The notes beneath the pieces were generated by a model. It ran no database searches, was not told where the DNA came from, and worked only from the letters and a program-made list of their open reading frames with translations. Shown here piece by piece: positions 15,581-23,999 of a DNA stretch of 64,000 nucleotides; within the stretch, counting starts at the first letter, position 1; each line of letters opens with the position of its first letter. The stretch is from a virus. Where the stretch lies: the IMG/VR virus record IMGVR_UViG_3300028048_000141, positions 1,476 to 65,475 of that record. One strand, given 5' to 3'. The position numbers and the translations under genes were made by a program.

Positions 15581-15658
15581 TGGCGGACCACGAGGGAGTC
15601 GAACCCTCCTCTCTACCGTGACAGGGTAGCATACTCAGAACCGATATACGAGTAGTCC
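15581..15658 (-). tRNA. tRNA-Asp (anticodon GUC)
   Basis: Stem CUACC/GGUAG with loop CUGUCAC. T-arm GAGGG-UUCGACU-CCCUC. Confidence 0.7.
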
Positions 15659-15662
15659 GTTT

Positions 15663-15739
15663 TGGTGCACTAGGGAGGGCTCGAACCTCCGACCTCCAAC
15701 TTGTAAGGTTGGCACTCATCCCATCTGAGTTACTAGTGC
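15663..15739 (-). tRNA. tRNA-Val (anticodon UAC)
   Basis: Acceptor GCACUAG/CUAGUGC, D-stem ACUC/GAGU, stem CCAAC/GUUGG, loop CUUACAA. Confidence 0.8.
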
Positions 15740-15748
15740 ATATTAATT

Positions 15749-15827
15749 TGGTCGGGAGGGTGGGATTCGAACCCACGCCCTCTTGCTTCCAACGCAAGCA
15801 CGATAGACCAAACTACGCTACCTCCCG
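15749..15827 (-). tRNA. tRNA-Pro (anticodon UGG)
   Basis: Acceptor CGGGAGG/CCUCCCG, stem CUUGC/GCAAG, loop GUUGGAA, T-arm GUGGG-UUCGAAU-CCCAC. Confidence 0.7.
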
Positions 15828-15930
15828 ATGAAAAAGGGTGACACGGATTTTTCGTCCATGCCACCCTCGAAGTTGATTTAGAGCCTTGTTACCGCTAATT
15901 ACCACCTGAAATGGGCATGGACAAATAACC

Positions 15931-15945
15931 AATCATATTATAATC
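15931..15945 (-). promoter_or_regulatory. motif-A-like -10 (TATAAT) upstream of the tRNA block 15010-15827
   Basis: + strand catattataatcaaag. Confidence 0.35.
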
Positions 15946-16025
15946 AAAGACTGGTCTGGGTTGCACGAATACGAGATTGTCGTTTAGTCTCTTTGTCATG
16001 ATTGTCCTTCTCCTTTTTCAGACAC

Positions 16026-16036
16026 TTAATTTAGCG
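16026..16036 (-). promoter_or_regulatory. motif B. Its AGCGA forms a hairpin with a downstream TCGCT
   Basis: + strand TTAATTTAGCGAgtcgttttCGCT. Confidence 0.4.
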
Positions 16037-16093
16037 AGTCGTTTTCGCTTCAATGATTTTGTTAACAAACTTTTCGATTATGTCGTTTGTCAA

Positions 16094-16181
16094 TGGCGGA
16101 GGCACCGCGACTCGAACGCGGACGCCGGTTGCCCGACGGACACCTTAGCAGGGTGTTGAGATGCCATTACTCCATGCCTCC
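16094..16181 (-). tRNA. tRNA-Ser (anticodon GCU), class II
   Basis: 88 nt. Acceptor GGAGGCA/UGCCUCC, loop CUGCUAA, long variable arm. Confidence 0.75.
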
Positions 16182-16195
16182 TGGTTTAACTTCAA

Positions 16196-16269
16196 TGGAG
16201 CGGGCGACGGGAATCGAACCCGTATGACCACCTTGGCAAGGTGGCGTTCTACCATTGAACTACGCCCGC
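16196..16269 (-). tRNA. tRNA-Gly (anticodon GCC)
   Basis: Acceptor GCGGGCG/CGCCCGC, D-stem GUUC/GAAC, stem CCACC/GGUGG, loop UUGCCAA. Confidence 0.8.
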
Positions 16270-16272
16270 AAA

Positions 16273-16347
16273 TGGAGCGGGATACCGGAATCGAACCGGC
16301 GTCTCCTGCTTGGAAGGCAGGGGCCCTGACCATTGGACTAATCCCGC
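16273..16347 (-). tRNA. tRNA-Gly (anticodon UCC)
   Basis: Acceptor GCGGGAU/AUCCCGC, stem CCUGC/GCAGG, loop CUUCCAA. Confidence 0.8.
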
Positions 16348-16350
16348 ATG

Positions 16351-16427
16351 TGGAGACCCCAACGGGATTCGGACCCGTGAATGCAACCTTGAGAGGGTTG
16401 TGACTTAAGCCGCTTGTCTATGGAGCC
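16351..16427 (-). tRNA. tRNA-Glu (anticodon CUC)
   Basis: Acceptor GGCUCCA/UGGGGUC with two G-U pairs. Stem CAACC/GGUUG, loop CUCUCAA. Confidence 0.65.
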
Positions 16428-16449
16428 GTTTTATGATGTTACTATACAC

Positions 16450-17100
16450 CACATCATGGGGGTGAGGCTTATTCTACGCTCGTTTCTATTTCGCCTCTGC
16501 CGTTCGCTTCCACGAGAAGGCACTTCACTAGCCCAGCCTGCTTTCTTCTTACAGGAACATTCTAGGTTCTACCTGGGAGGGACTGTACCCACATACACAG
16601 GATTCTGGGTGTGGAACTTTTCCGGATGCCGTTTTGTGCATCACACGCTGTACTTGGTGGACTCGTTTATGCTGTGCCCTTTTGCAGCCGTAGGCGTAAT
16701 ATCCCGCTTCCGTTTGAATTCGGGCAGTTTGATGTGATTGCCCGGCACATTAGGTGTGCACGCTTACCCTTCCTCTCGTCGTGCCTCCTACCGTTCCTTT
16801 TTTACTTCTTCGGCGTAACGGCTAAGATACCAATTAAGGTTTTGTTTATTTGTCCTGCTTCTTCAACGACCTGCGCCGTCTGAGCCGGGCCTTTTGATTC
16901 GACGCACTTCCCGGTCGCGTCACCATTAGCCAGGTCCTACCTTATCCTGGTTTTCAACCCCATTCTGCATCATCCCGGATATTCGGGACCGTTTTCTCAA
17001 GGGTGAGGTCGCAGAGGTTTTACGTCTTCGTGCCGACGGGCTGTAAACATGATGCCTTAATACAATCACTTGCGGCATATGCTGTTATCATAGGGAAGTG
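16450..17100 (-). ncRNA. candidate structured ncRNA of about 650 nt; ORF-free, downstream of tRNA-Trp
   Basis: No credible ORF; the + strand ORFs here overlap tRNAs or have no signals. GC-rich. Bounded by tRNA-Trp and the tRNA-Glu promoter. Identity unknown. Confidence 0.25.
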
Positions 17101-17112
17101 AATGACCTATGA

Positions 17113-17186
17113 TGGCAGGCCTGCTAGGATTCGAACCCGGATACGCGGTTTTGGAGACCGCAGTCCTACCGTTGGACGACAGACCT
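17113..17186 (-). tRNA. tRNA-Trp (anticodon CCA)
   Basis: Acceptor AGGUCUG/CAGGCCU, D-stem GUCC/GGAC, stem GCGGU/ACCGC, loop CUCCAAA. Confidence 0.7.
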
Positions 17187-17196
17187 ATGTTCAGGA

Positions 17197-17718
17197 TTAG
17201 TCTTCTTCCGACTTCTCCTGTTCGAGAACCCAATCCAGGTTCTCCTTGTCGACATACCATATCTCGGCCTCATCGCCGTCGATTTTGGTCGGGTGGAATA
17301 CCCAGTCGCCTGATTTGACCTTCAATGCGTCGTTGATGTAGACATCTCCCCATCCGTCGCATTTCCTGAAGCCAACCCAGTATTTCCAATCCTTAAGGAA
17401 CCTCTCGGCATCATTCGCCTTCATTTCCATAAGTTGTTCCTCGGTGAAGTAGTGTGACAGCAACCAAGCCGCGGCGTACTCCGAGGATATCGAATCCTCG
17501 TCAATACATACCTTACGGCAGATGCCGTCCATCAGGGCTCCGGCAGACAGTTTGTCGTAGACCCTGCCACCATAACCCTCGTGCATGCAGAACGTGGCGA
17601 TGTCCGCGTAATCGAGGACGACGTCCCTCTTGCCTTCGTATTCACCCATTGTGAAGTAATTGGCCGTGAGTTTGAAGTGGTCGACCACCTTCAATTCAAG
17701 TTCATCCAAAACAAGCAT
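17197..17718 (-). CDS. hypothetical protein
   Basis: The listed ORF start overlaps tRNA-His. The ATG at 17718 (MLVLDEL...) has an AAAGGAG RBS. Confidence 0.55.
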   Translation of the reverse strand: MLVLDELELKVVDHFKLTANYFTMGEYEGKRDVVLDYADIATFCMHEGYGGRVYDKLSAGALMDGICRKVCIDEDSISSEYAAAWLLSHYFTEEQLMEMKANDAERFLKDWKYWVGFRKCDGWGDVYINDALKVKSGDWVFHPTKIDGDEAEIWYVDKENLDWVLEQEKSEED

Positions 17719-17736
17719 AGACTCTCCTTTCTGCAT

Positions 17737-17811
17737 TGGGGTGGGATAAGGGTGTCGAACCCATGTCCTCCGGTTCACAGCCGGATGCACTGCCGTTGTG
17801 CTAATCCCACC
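17737..17811 (-). tRNA. tRNA-His (anticodon GUG) with a genomically encoded G-1 and C73
   Basis: Reads G-GUGGGAU...AUCCCAC-C-CCA. Stem UCCGG/CCGGA, loop CUGUGAA. The extra 5' G pairs with discriminator C73. Confidence 0.75.
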
Positions 17812-17819
17812 AAGGTATG

Positions 17820-17905
17820 TGGTGCCCATGGTCGGACTCGAACCGACACGCTTTAGGGGCGGCAGATTTTGAGTCTGCTGCGTCTACCGGTTTCGCCACA
17901 CGGGC
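17820..17905 (-). tRNA. tRNA-Leu (anticodon CAA), class II
   Basis: 86 nt. Stem GCAGA/UCUGC, loop CUCAAAA, long variable arm, T-arm GUCGG-UUCGAGU-CCGAC. Confidence 0.7.
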
Positions 17906-17909
17906 ATGA

Positions 17910-17997
17910 TGGCGGAGAGTTAGGGATTCGAACCCCAGGTAGGTTGCCCTACTTCTGTTTTCAAGACAGACGCCTTCGACCGCTCGGCCAACTCTCC
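17910..17997 (-). tRNA. tRNA-Ser (anticodon UGA), class II
   Basis: 88 nt. Acceptor GGAGAGU/ACUCUCC, loop CUUGAAA. Confidence 0.8.
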
Positions 17998-18026
17998 ATT
18001 ATGGCTCCAGAAGGAGCCGTCGTTCA

Positions 18027-18428
18027 TTACTTGTCGCTCTTCAAGTAGGCGTGGCGAGCATCCAACTCGTCGATGGCCTCGCGAACCGTGTGTGCAAGGT
18101 AATCGACCTTGTTGAGCAGTTTTACGAGTGCCTCGCGGGCTTCGCGGTTGCCTTTGGCTTCCGCACGCTTGGATGCTAACACCTTACCGAAGATTTCGTC
18201 ATAGACGTCGTTGGGATTGCATTTGGCAACGCCGGCGGTCTTGAATCCGACTTCGGCGTTGCAGGAATTCCAGTTGAACGCCTGCGCCTCGTCAAGGGCC
18301 CGCATGACTTCCGAATGGGCCTTGTCGATGGCTTTGTCGGGCCTGTAGTTGGTGATGCCAAGCACAGTGGTGACGGGTCCTTTGCGAATGACTTTCTTCT
18401 CGGTGAATTTGAATGCCTTGGTGCTCAT
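18027..18428 (-). CDS. hypothetical protein
   Basis: 133-aa ORF. Confidence 0.5.
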   Translation of the reverse strand: MSTKAFKFTEKKVIRKGPVTTVLGITNYRPDKAIDKAHSEVMRALDEAQAFNWNSCNAEVGFKTAGVAKCNPNDVYDEIFGKVLASKRAEAKGNREAREALVKLLNKVDYLAHTVREAIDELDARHAYLKSDK

Positions 18429-18458
18429 GAGATTTCCTCCTTAATTATAGGTATTCAT

Positions 18459-18532
18459 TGGTGCCCCAGGGTCGAATCGAACGGCCGTCGGATGCTTACA
18501 AGGCAACTGTTCTGCCATTAAACTACAAGGGC
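18459..18532 (-). tRNA. tRNA-Thr (anticodon UGU)
   Basis: Acceptor GCCCUUG/CUGGGGC, D-stem GUUU..GAAC, loop CUUGUAA. A few mismatches. Confidence 0.55.
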
Positions 18533-18555
18533 ATCTGAGCAACTTGCCGGCACTT

Positions 18556-18566
18556 TTAATTTAGCG
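18556..18566 (-). promoter_or_regulatory. motif B, 22 nt upstream of the tRNA-Thr 5' end
   Basis: CGCTAAATTAAAagtgccggcaagttgctcagat, then the tRNA begins. Confidence 0.4.
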
Positions 18567-18580
18567 AAGGCTGGCTGCTC

Positions 18581-18594
18581 AAATATATTATACA
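18581..18594 (-). promoter_or_regulatory. motif-A promoter (-10 TATAAT)
   Basis: + strand atattatacatg. Confidence 0.4.
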
Positions 18595-18621
18595 TGATTT
18601 TTTCGAAGGGTGCAACGATTT

Positions 18622-19350
18622 TTATTTGGACTTTCTTTTGATTGCCCTGTCAATCGCCACCCTGTGGATGGAAGGCACGTCCTTCAACTTGCCTCCCTCG
18701 ATGATTGATTTCAGGTTTACCGGGGTGTAGTCGATGAACTCGGCGCACATGTTCATCCTATTTGGGTTTCCGCCCTCCCAGTTCGAGTGGTCGTGTCCGT
18801 GGATGTTGAACATGTACGGTGGAAGGTTCTCTATCGGTTCGTGTGACAAGATTATTTTGTCGTTAATCATGAGGGGACCTTCGTAGACTTCGTCGAACAG
18901 TTTGTTGTCGACCGTCTCCACGGTCGTGTATTTGCTTAGGACGTAGGTGTTAGCCTTCCTGAAGGCCTGCTTGTCCCCGTTGATGGCGGCCATCGTGTAC
19001 ATGTTCAAGAGCGTCGCGTCCTCGGCGGTCATGTTCTCATTCGAGAATTTCTCGACGGTGTTGACTTCCCTCCTGTAGTTGGTGACACCCTTGTCGTGGT
19101 TGCCCATGATAAGGACTTTGTAACCTTTTATTTTCCTGATGTAGTTGACGTCCCCGATGTCGCCAAGGAAGATGATGGTGTCGTTTTTGCCGACCTTTTT
19201 GTTTATCCTTCTGACTTGCTCGTCGTCTCCGATGTAGTCTTTGCGGAGGTGTTTCATCTCATCGTCACCGAAATGCGGGTCGCTGTAAATCCAGATGCTT
19301 CCGCCACGATACCATTTATCCGCGAATATCTCGTATAGGTGTTTTTTCAT
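18622..19350 (-). CDS. calcineurin-like metallophosphoesterase
   Basis: Motifs SDPHFG, GDIGD, GNHD and GHDH. Confidence 0.7.
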   Translation of the reverse strand: MKKHLYEIFADKWYRGGSIWIYSDPHFGDDEMKHLRKDYIGDDEQVRRINKKVGKNDTIIFLGDIGDVNYIRKIKGYKVLIMGNHDKGVTNYRREVNTVEKFSNENMTAEDATLLNMYTMAAINGDKQAFRKANTYVLSKYTTVETVDNKLFDEVYEGPLMINDKIILSHEPIENLPPYMFNIHGHDHSNWEGGNPNRMNMCAEFIDYTPVNLKSIIEGGKLKDVPSIHRVAIDRAIKRKSK

Positions 19351-19352
19351 GG

Positions 19353-19694
19353 TTAATCCTCCATCTGGAAACTTCTTTCCGGCTGTTGTCTCCGTTGCTC
19401 ATAGATGTGTGAAGGAGTGTGCTCGGAAACAGCGAGGTCTTTGACGGTTATTATCGTGACGTTGACGCTGGTCTTGGAACCGTCTCTCTTATTTTTCAGG
19501 ACGTCGACGTATGAGTGTTCGACGTTTACGACTTCCTGGTTAAGATACGTGGGACTGATTACGGGCACAATAGAGCCTTTTACAAGGCAGATGTAATAAC
19601 AGCAGATGTAATGACCTACGAAATCTGCCTCTTTGACAATGGCGCAGATTTCACCTGCGTCGAGATGTGACTCTAGGTATTCTTCAAGTTTCAT
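19353..19694 (-). CDS. hypothetical protein
   Basis: 113-aa ORF abutting the upstream and downstream genes. Confidence 0.5.
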   Translation of the reverse strand: MKLEEYLESHLDAGEICAIVKEADFVGHYICCYYICLVKGSIVPVISPTYLNQEVVNVEHSYVDVLKNKRDGSKTSVNVTIITVKDLAVSEHTPSHIYEQRRQQPERSFQMED

Positions 19695-20383
19695 TATCTT
19701 CGTTCCGTCCTTTCATGGAATATTCTGATTGCATCTTCGTCGGAGTCCGCCTCGAATCTGATGGCCCTCGTTTCTAAATAGGAGCAGTTTTCGTGATAGC
19801 GTCTTTTCGTGCCAATTAAATCCTCGTGGCCTTCCTTGTGGGATTCGGCGATTGATTTGAGGATGAATCCGTCGTCAAGGAACTCATACTTGAGATTCGC
19901 ATTCCCGTTTTTGAAATAATCGTCCTTGTCGATGAATCTGGTTTTGTCGAAGAATATCATATAGTTTTCGGAATCGACGATTTCATCCTCATAGGAGATT
20001 AAGACCCTTCTGTAAAGATTGGTACCGTCCTCCGCCCGTTTTGGCGCAATGAGAACCATGGCGTATTTCTTAGGCTTCGGTTCCACGGCGGCATCATATT
20101 CTTCCTTCCTTTTGATTTGCCCGTTTTCATCGATGTGACAGATAACGGGTTTAACCTTCATACTTTCGATTAGGACAAGTGGTTTCAACAACTCATCGAT
20201 TTCCTTTCGGACTTCGTATAGACTGAGCCGCCCTTCTGCTATCTCCCGTCTTACCTCTTCCTCCGCATATTTCCCTTTCATGGAGATTTCAATCATTTCC
20301 TCCGGTGTTTTTGGGGGAAGCATACCCAAAAGAAGCATATTGGCTAACGCTATCTTTGCTAATTCATTTTTTAATGTGCTCAT
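19694..20383 (-). CDS. hypothetical protein
   Basis: Start set at the ATG at 20383 (MSTLKNEL), which has a GGGGGAAAAGGA RBS. Confidence 0.5.
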   Translation of the reverse strand: MSTLKNELAKIALANMLLLGMLPPKTPEEMIEISMKGKYAEEEVRREIAEGRLSLYEVRKEIDELLKPLVLIESMKVKPVICHIDENGQIKRKEEYDAAVEPKPKKYAMVLIAPKRAEDGTNLYRRVLISYEDEIVDSENYMIFFDKTRFIDKDDYFKNGNANLKYEFLDDGFILKSIAESHKEGHEDLIGTKRRYHENCSYLETRAIRFEADSDEDAIRIFHERTERR

Positions 20384-20423
20384 TCCTTTTCCCCCTTTTC
20401 GTTCTTCGGCCTTTTTGCTTTCG

Positions 20424-20789
20424 TCATAACGATGCCACCAGTGCAAATGACACTATAATCTGCGCTAAATGGATGCCTTGGTCGATTAACATATTGGTTT
20501 TGCCGACGCACTTAAGCCAATCCACGAAGAAGTGAATGGCAACATTAGCGGCGAAGCAAACGACGAATGGTAAGCCAATCGCAGGCCAAACCAGCAACAG
20601 AAGTGGGAGCATGATGCAAGCCGTCCATATCGCGGAATGGGCGAACAGAACTGGAATCCATCCAGCCTTGTCTTTCGTGTCTTTCCAATAAGAAGGGCTT
20701 TTCGCTCCAGCAATCCAAGATGTTTGGAGAACATAGTCTCCGATGCAATGCCCGACAATCATTAACAATACTGTTAACGCATGATTCAT
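20424..20789 (-). CDS. small integral membrane protein
   Basis: Three to four hydrophobic helices. Contains HCIGDYVLQ. Confidence 0.5.
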   Translation of the reverse strand: MNHALTVLLMIVGHCIGDYVLQTSWIAGAKSPSYWKDTKDKAGWIPVLFAHSAIWTACIMLPLLLLVWPAIGLPFVVCFAANVAIHFFVDWLKCVGKTNMLIDQGIHLAQIIVSFALVASL

Positions 20790-21178
20790 TTTTCTTCCTC
20801 CTTGTTCAGCAACTCGAATTTTCCTTTCTCATTCATCTTCGCTGCATATATAAGGCCTTTGTCGGTCCATATCGCGCCATAATATCTTGCGTTTGAGAAC
20901 GAAAACGAACTTCCTTTGAAGTCATTGAAATTGCAGATGTTTGCGATTATCGGTATTTGACCATCGACTACGAGCACTTTTTCGTCACACAATTCTTCAA
21001 TAGTGTCGGCTTGCCTGACAATGTCTTCAATCGGTATATAAGTGATTTCTTTATCACTATCTTGCCCCCAATGGTTTAGGTCAATGCCAACAACTTCGCC
21101 ATTAAAGGTTCTTTCAACGACTTTTTTGTAAACGCTTGTATCGACAATGTGTCCGTCTTTCGTTCTGATGTATTTCAT
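20786..21178 (-). CDS. hypothetical protein; tandem paralog of the 21175-21510 gene
   Basis: Shares IRTKDGHIVDT, ADTIEELCD and GAIWTDKGLIYAAK with its neighbour. Confidence 0.5.
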   Translation of the reverse strand: MKYIRTKDGHIVDTSVYKKVVERTFNGEVVGIDLNHWGQDSDKEITYIPIEDIVRQADTIEELCDEKVLVVDGQIPIIANICNFNDFKGSSFSFSNARYYGAIWTDKGLIYAAKMNEKGKFELLNKEEEK

Positions 21179-21510
21179 AATAACTCAAACTCCCACTTTC
21201 CCTTACCATCTTTTAGTTTTGCAACATACTTTAGACCCCACTTTGTCCATATCGCCCCGTAGATTTCGTGACCATACATTAATCGATATGGTTTTTCGTT
21301 GGAGATAATGTGGCTATCTTCTCTCTCGTAATAATCCACGAAGTAATCACACAATTCCTCAATAGTGTCGGCTTCGCTTCTTATCTTGAACATTCCCCAC
21401 GAATTAAAGTCAATGTAGCCGTCCCCCAGCATATATGGGAGGGTGTTCTGCGTGTCTATTATGAATCCTTCTTCCGTCCTAACGTATCTCATTTCCCTTC
21501 CTCCAGGCAA
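21175..21510 (-). CDS. hypothetical protein; tandem paralog of the 20786-21178 gene
   Basis: Contains VRTEEGFIIDT, ADTIEELCDYFV and GAIWTKWGLKYVAK. Confidence 0.5.
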   Translation of the reverse strand: MPGGREMRYVRTEEGFIIDTQNTLPYMLGDGYIDFNSWGMFKIRSEADTIEELCDYFVDYYEREDSHIISNEKPYRLMYGHEIYGAIWTKWGLKYVAKLKDGKGKWEFELL

Positions 21511-21914
21511 AGGCGAATCGCAATCGAGTGAGACAAACCGATGTCATCGTAACAATAGTACGAATCATAGCCGTTGTCGAAGTAAGCCAAGGGACAGATG
21601 GCAGGGTGAATGTTGTCTTCGTCACCTAGGAAATAATCCACGATTTGGTCGGTTCTACCTTCCCTATAGGCGAGTTGGTCTTTGAACGGTAATGTTCTGA
21701 CTTCTCCCCATAAAGGAAGTCTTGCCTTGTATTTTTCGCGGATTTCCTGTGGTGCGTTATAATCAAACCATTGGGCTATTTTTGCTTTCAATGCGCGTAA
21801 TTTGTCAAGTGAGCCGTGCAACTGGGTTCCCTCCCATATCACGCTTTCCGCCAATAAGATGTTGCCGAATCTCTTGAATTCTATTTCTTTTCCGTCTTTG
21901 AATTTGATAACCAT
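21489..21914 (-). CDS. hypothetical protein
   Basis: 141-aa ORF. Confidence 0.5.
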   Translation of the reverse strand: MVIKFKDGKEIEFKRFGNILLAESVIWEGTQLHGSLDKLRALKAKIAQWFDYNAPQEIREKYKARLPLWGEVRTLPFKDQLAYREGRTDQIVDYFLGDEDNIHPAICPLAYFDNGYDSYYCYDDIGLSHSIAIRLCLEEGK

Positions 21915-21953
21915 CGTTTTACTCCTTTCAGTTTAGACTCATACATTATAACA

Positions 21954-22232
21954 TCAATCGGAAAAAGAGTCAACTGTCTCGTCTGCTTTGATTTTGGGGT
22001 TTAGTTCAAGTACCCGCTCGATTGTTAGCCCTGACATTTCCGCCAGGAACTCGGGGCTGCAGTACGTGAAGTCTACCTCCGGGTCTATCTGGGATATGAA
22101 GTCCTCCCAGGAATCGAATTCGCCGATATACCAATCTGAATCGCCGCATTCATCGCAATAGAGTTCGTCGTAATCCTTTTCGTAATCCGTCGTGTAGATT
22201 ACGCCGCTCAGATGGCTTTCATAGAAATACAT
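21954..22232 (-). CDS. hypothetical acidic protein
   Basis: 92-aa ORF. Confidence 0.45.
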   Translation of the reverse strand: MYFYESHLSGVIYTTDYEKDYDELYCDECGDSDWYIGEFDSWEDFISQIDPEVDFTYCSPEFLAEMSGLTIERVLELNPKIKADETVDSFSD

Positions 22233-22252
22233 ACCTATTCACCGTCCTTTGA

Positions 22253-22795
22253 CTAGGAGATGAGTGACGCGAGTATGTGCTTGCAGTCCTCGATGATGTT
22301 GTCTATGCCGTCGGTAACGTCGTAGACTTTGATTTCGCCGCCCCTGAGCGTGAACCTTGCGGTCTTGTGGTCGACGTCGGCGTAGTTGAGGTATGCGCCA
22401 AACCAATCTTTATTGTCATCTGCGAATGCATGGATGAAATCGAGGTCTCGGTCAATCACGCTTTCGATTTCCCTTTCCGGGAATAGGTTGTAGGTTCCGC
22501 ACCCGTATACTTTGCCTTTGTAATAGAAATAGAAGCACTGCCCGGTATCGTCGTCGAAGATATCGACCGATATCCCCCTGTATTTGTGCGTCTTGCAGTA
22601 ACAGTGTTTCTTTTCGTATTCCGTTGGCTCGGTCTCGCCTAACGCTGGGATGTATTCTACGAACTTCTTTTCGAACTCTTCCTTGAACTTGGGAATGTCC
22701 TGACCCTTGTCGAGGTACTCTTTGATTAAATAGGATACATATGAGACGGTGTTCAGTTTGCCGTTCTCGTATCCCTGCCCGAATTTATTACCCAT
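22253..22795 (-). CDS. hypothetical protein
   Basis: 180-aa ORF with an AAAGGAG RBS. Confidence 0.5.
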   Translation of the reverse strand: MGNKFGQGYENGKLNTVSYVSYLIKEYLDKGQDIPKFKEEFEKKFVEYIPALGETEPTEYEKKHCYCKTHKYRGISVDIFDDDTGQCFYFYYKGKVYGCGTYNLFPEREIESVIDRDLDFIHAFADDNKDWFGAYLNYADVDHKTARFTLRGGEIKVYDVTDGIDNIIEDCKHILASLIS

Positions 22796-22887
22796 CCTTT
22801 TGCTCCTTTCGATTTAGATGGTGTTACTCAAAAGAGTGTTGATTATCACATTGATTCAACGGTTTCTTTCCTTTGAGTTGTAGATGA

Positions 22888-22963
22888 TGGTGGACCCTAC
22901 CGGGCTCGAACCGGTGACCTCCTGCTTGCAAAGCAGGCGTTCTCCCAACTGAACTAAGGGCCC
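22888..22963 (-). tRNA. tRNA-Ala (anticodon UGC)
   Basis: Acceptor GGGCCCU/AGGGUCC with a G3-U70 wobble. Stem CCUGC/GCAGG, loop UUUGCAA. Confidence 0.8.
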
Positions 22964-22980
22964 AATTATAGACGTTTTCC

Positions 22981-23000
22981 ACGTCCAGTATTATTATACA
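22981..23000 (-). promoter_or_regulatory. motif-B variant fused directly to a motif-A -10 (CGCTAAATTCggtgTATAAT)
   Basis: This is the only site where B sits 4 nt upstream of the TATAAT. It drives tRNA-Ala. Confidence 0.45.
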
Positions 23001-23021
23001 CCGAATTTAGCGTAAGTGCAA

Positions 23022-23045
23022 ATAAAAAATCCGGAATTGACCGGA
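23022..23045 (-). terminator. rho-independent terminator
   Basis: AUCCGG-UCAAUU-CCGGAU followed by UUUUUU. Confidence 0.6.
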
Positions 23046-23112
23046 TTTCGATTTTCGAAGTTCTTACTTGTTTTGGACTAGGTAAGTAAGCGAATGCCTA
23101 GTGCTGAACTTA

Positions 23113-23334
23113 TTAGTATGCCCTTTGAATGTAGAACCTGACATTACCATCGGCGATATAAGTCTTGTCGTGGTTGTCGTCCCATACCTCATTGATTCTC
23201 AAACCGTATTTGTCGCAGATGCTGTACATGTATTGGTTTGCCGCCTGCCTTGAGGAGAAAATCTTGGAACCAAGTTTCATCCCGGTGCATGCGAATGAGT
23301 AGGCGTGTTCAGCGTTAGATGTAAATCCAAACAT
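23113..23334 (-). CDS. hypothetical small protein
   Basis: 73-aa ORF with a GGAGG RBS. Confidence 0.5.
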   Translation of the reverse strand: MFGFTSNAEHAYSFACTGMKLGSKIFSSRQAANQYMYSICDKYGLRINEVWDDNHDKTYIADGNVRFYIQRAY

Positions 23335-23660
23335 TGCTATACCTCCACATTAGTTTAACGTCGTCCCGGACGAACGGAGGAGCAATGTCGTTGCTGACAA
23401 TTTAAGCCGGTATTTAAGGCACCGGCGGGCCCTGAAAGGAGGAAACGCAGTTTTTCGGTTTTTAGCCGTGGTCATTAGGCTTGGCATCATACACCATCGC
23501 TGATGTGCCATCTGCTAACCATCCGCCCGGACTGTCGTTATCTGGCCAACGGAAGTCCGCACCGTAGGCCCCATGATACACCCTTTGGTTCAAAGCCCCC
23601 AAACCCCGTCAAGGTAAGTGTATTGAAGGGGGTATAGTTTAGTGTCGTTTCGGACAACCC
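23335..23660 (-). ncRNA. about 325-nt ORF-free, G-run-rich leader or candidate ncRNA downstream of a motif-A promoter
   Basis: -10 at 23665-23670. No ORF over 20 aa. Runs of GGGG/CCCC suggest structure. May be a long 5' UTR for the 23113-23334 gene. Confidence 0.25.
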
Positions 23661-23693
23661 ATATATTATACAGGAATTTTTCGGAAAGTGCAA

Positions 23694-23999
23694 TTATTTT
23701 TTGCTTTCTTTTTCCTTCGAGGCCTTCAGTGCGTTCTGCTTGACGTTCCTGAAGAACTCCTCGCGTTTCTCTTTGGTATCGAGTCTTCTGAAGTCGCCCC
23801 AGAGTTCGTCAGAGACGTTTCTGACGCCTCTGGCCGTGCAGGAAGCCTCAAACGATTCCCTGTCGTTGTGCTTGGACAACATCCCGCACTTCGCCATTTC
23901 CATTCTCATGGTCTTGGAGTATTCGTGGAACATCTTCCTTTTGGGGCCGTGTTTCTTGTGAGGTCCGGCTGACCCCGTCTTCGCTTTTCCTTTTGCCAT
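23694..23999 (-). CDS. small basic protein, possibly DNA or RNA binding
   Basis: 101 aa, K/R-rich at both ends. AAAGGAG RBS. Confidence 0.5.
   Translation of the reverse strand: MAKGKAKTGSAGPHKKHGPKRKMFHEYSKTMRMEMAKCGMLSKHNDRESFEASCTARGVRNVSDELWGDFRRLDTKEKREEFFRNVKQNALKASKEKESKK

Noticed and set aside
13921-17100. Assignment of the large ORF-free blocks to RNase P RNA, SRP RNA or a group I intron
   Set aside because: Partial resemblances (GAAGGAAAGGCAGCG, a CUUCAGAGACAUAAA R-like element on the wrong strand) did not extend to the other universally conserved segments. They are left as unidentified ncRNA candidates.
14656-17318. Plus-strand ORFs overlapping the tRNA clusters: 14656-15072, 15327-15563, 16161-16403 and 17109-17318
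   Set aside because: They overlap clearly folded minus-strand tRNAs and have no translation signals.
18003-18020. Hairpin GGCUCC-UUCU-GGAGCC between the 18027 gene and tRNA-Ser, considered as a terminator
   Set aside because: No U-tract follows. It is more likely a processing or structural element.
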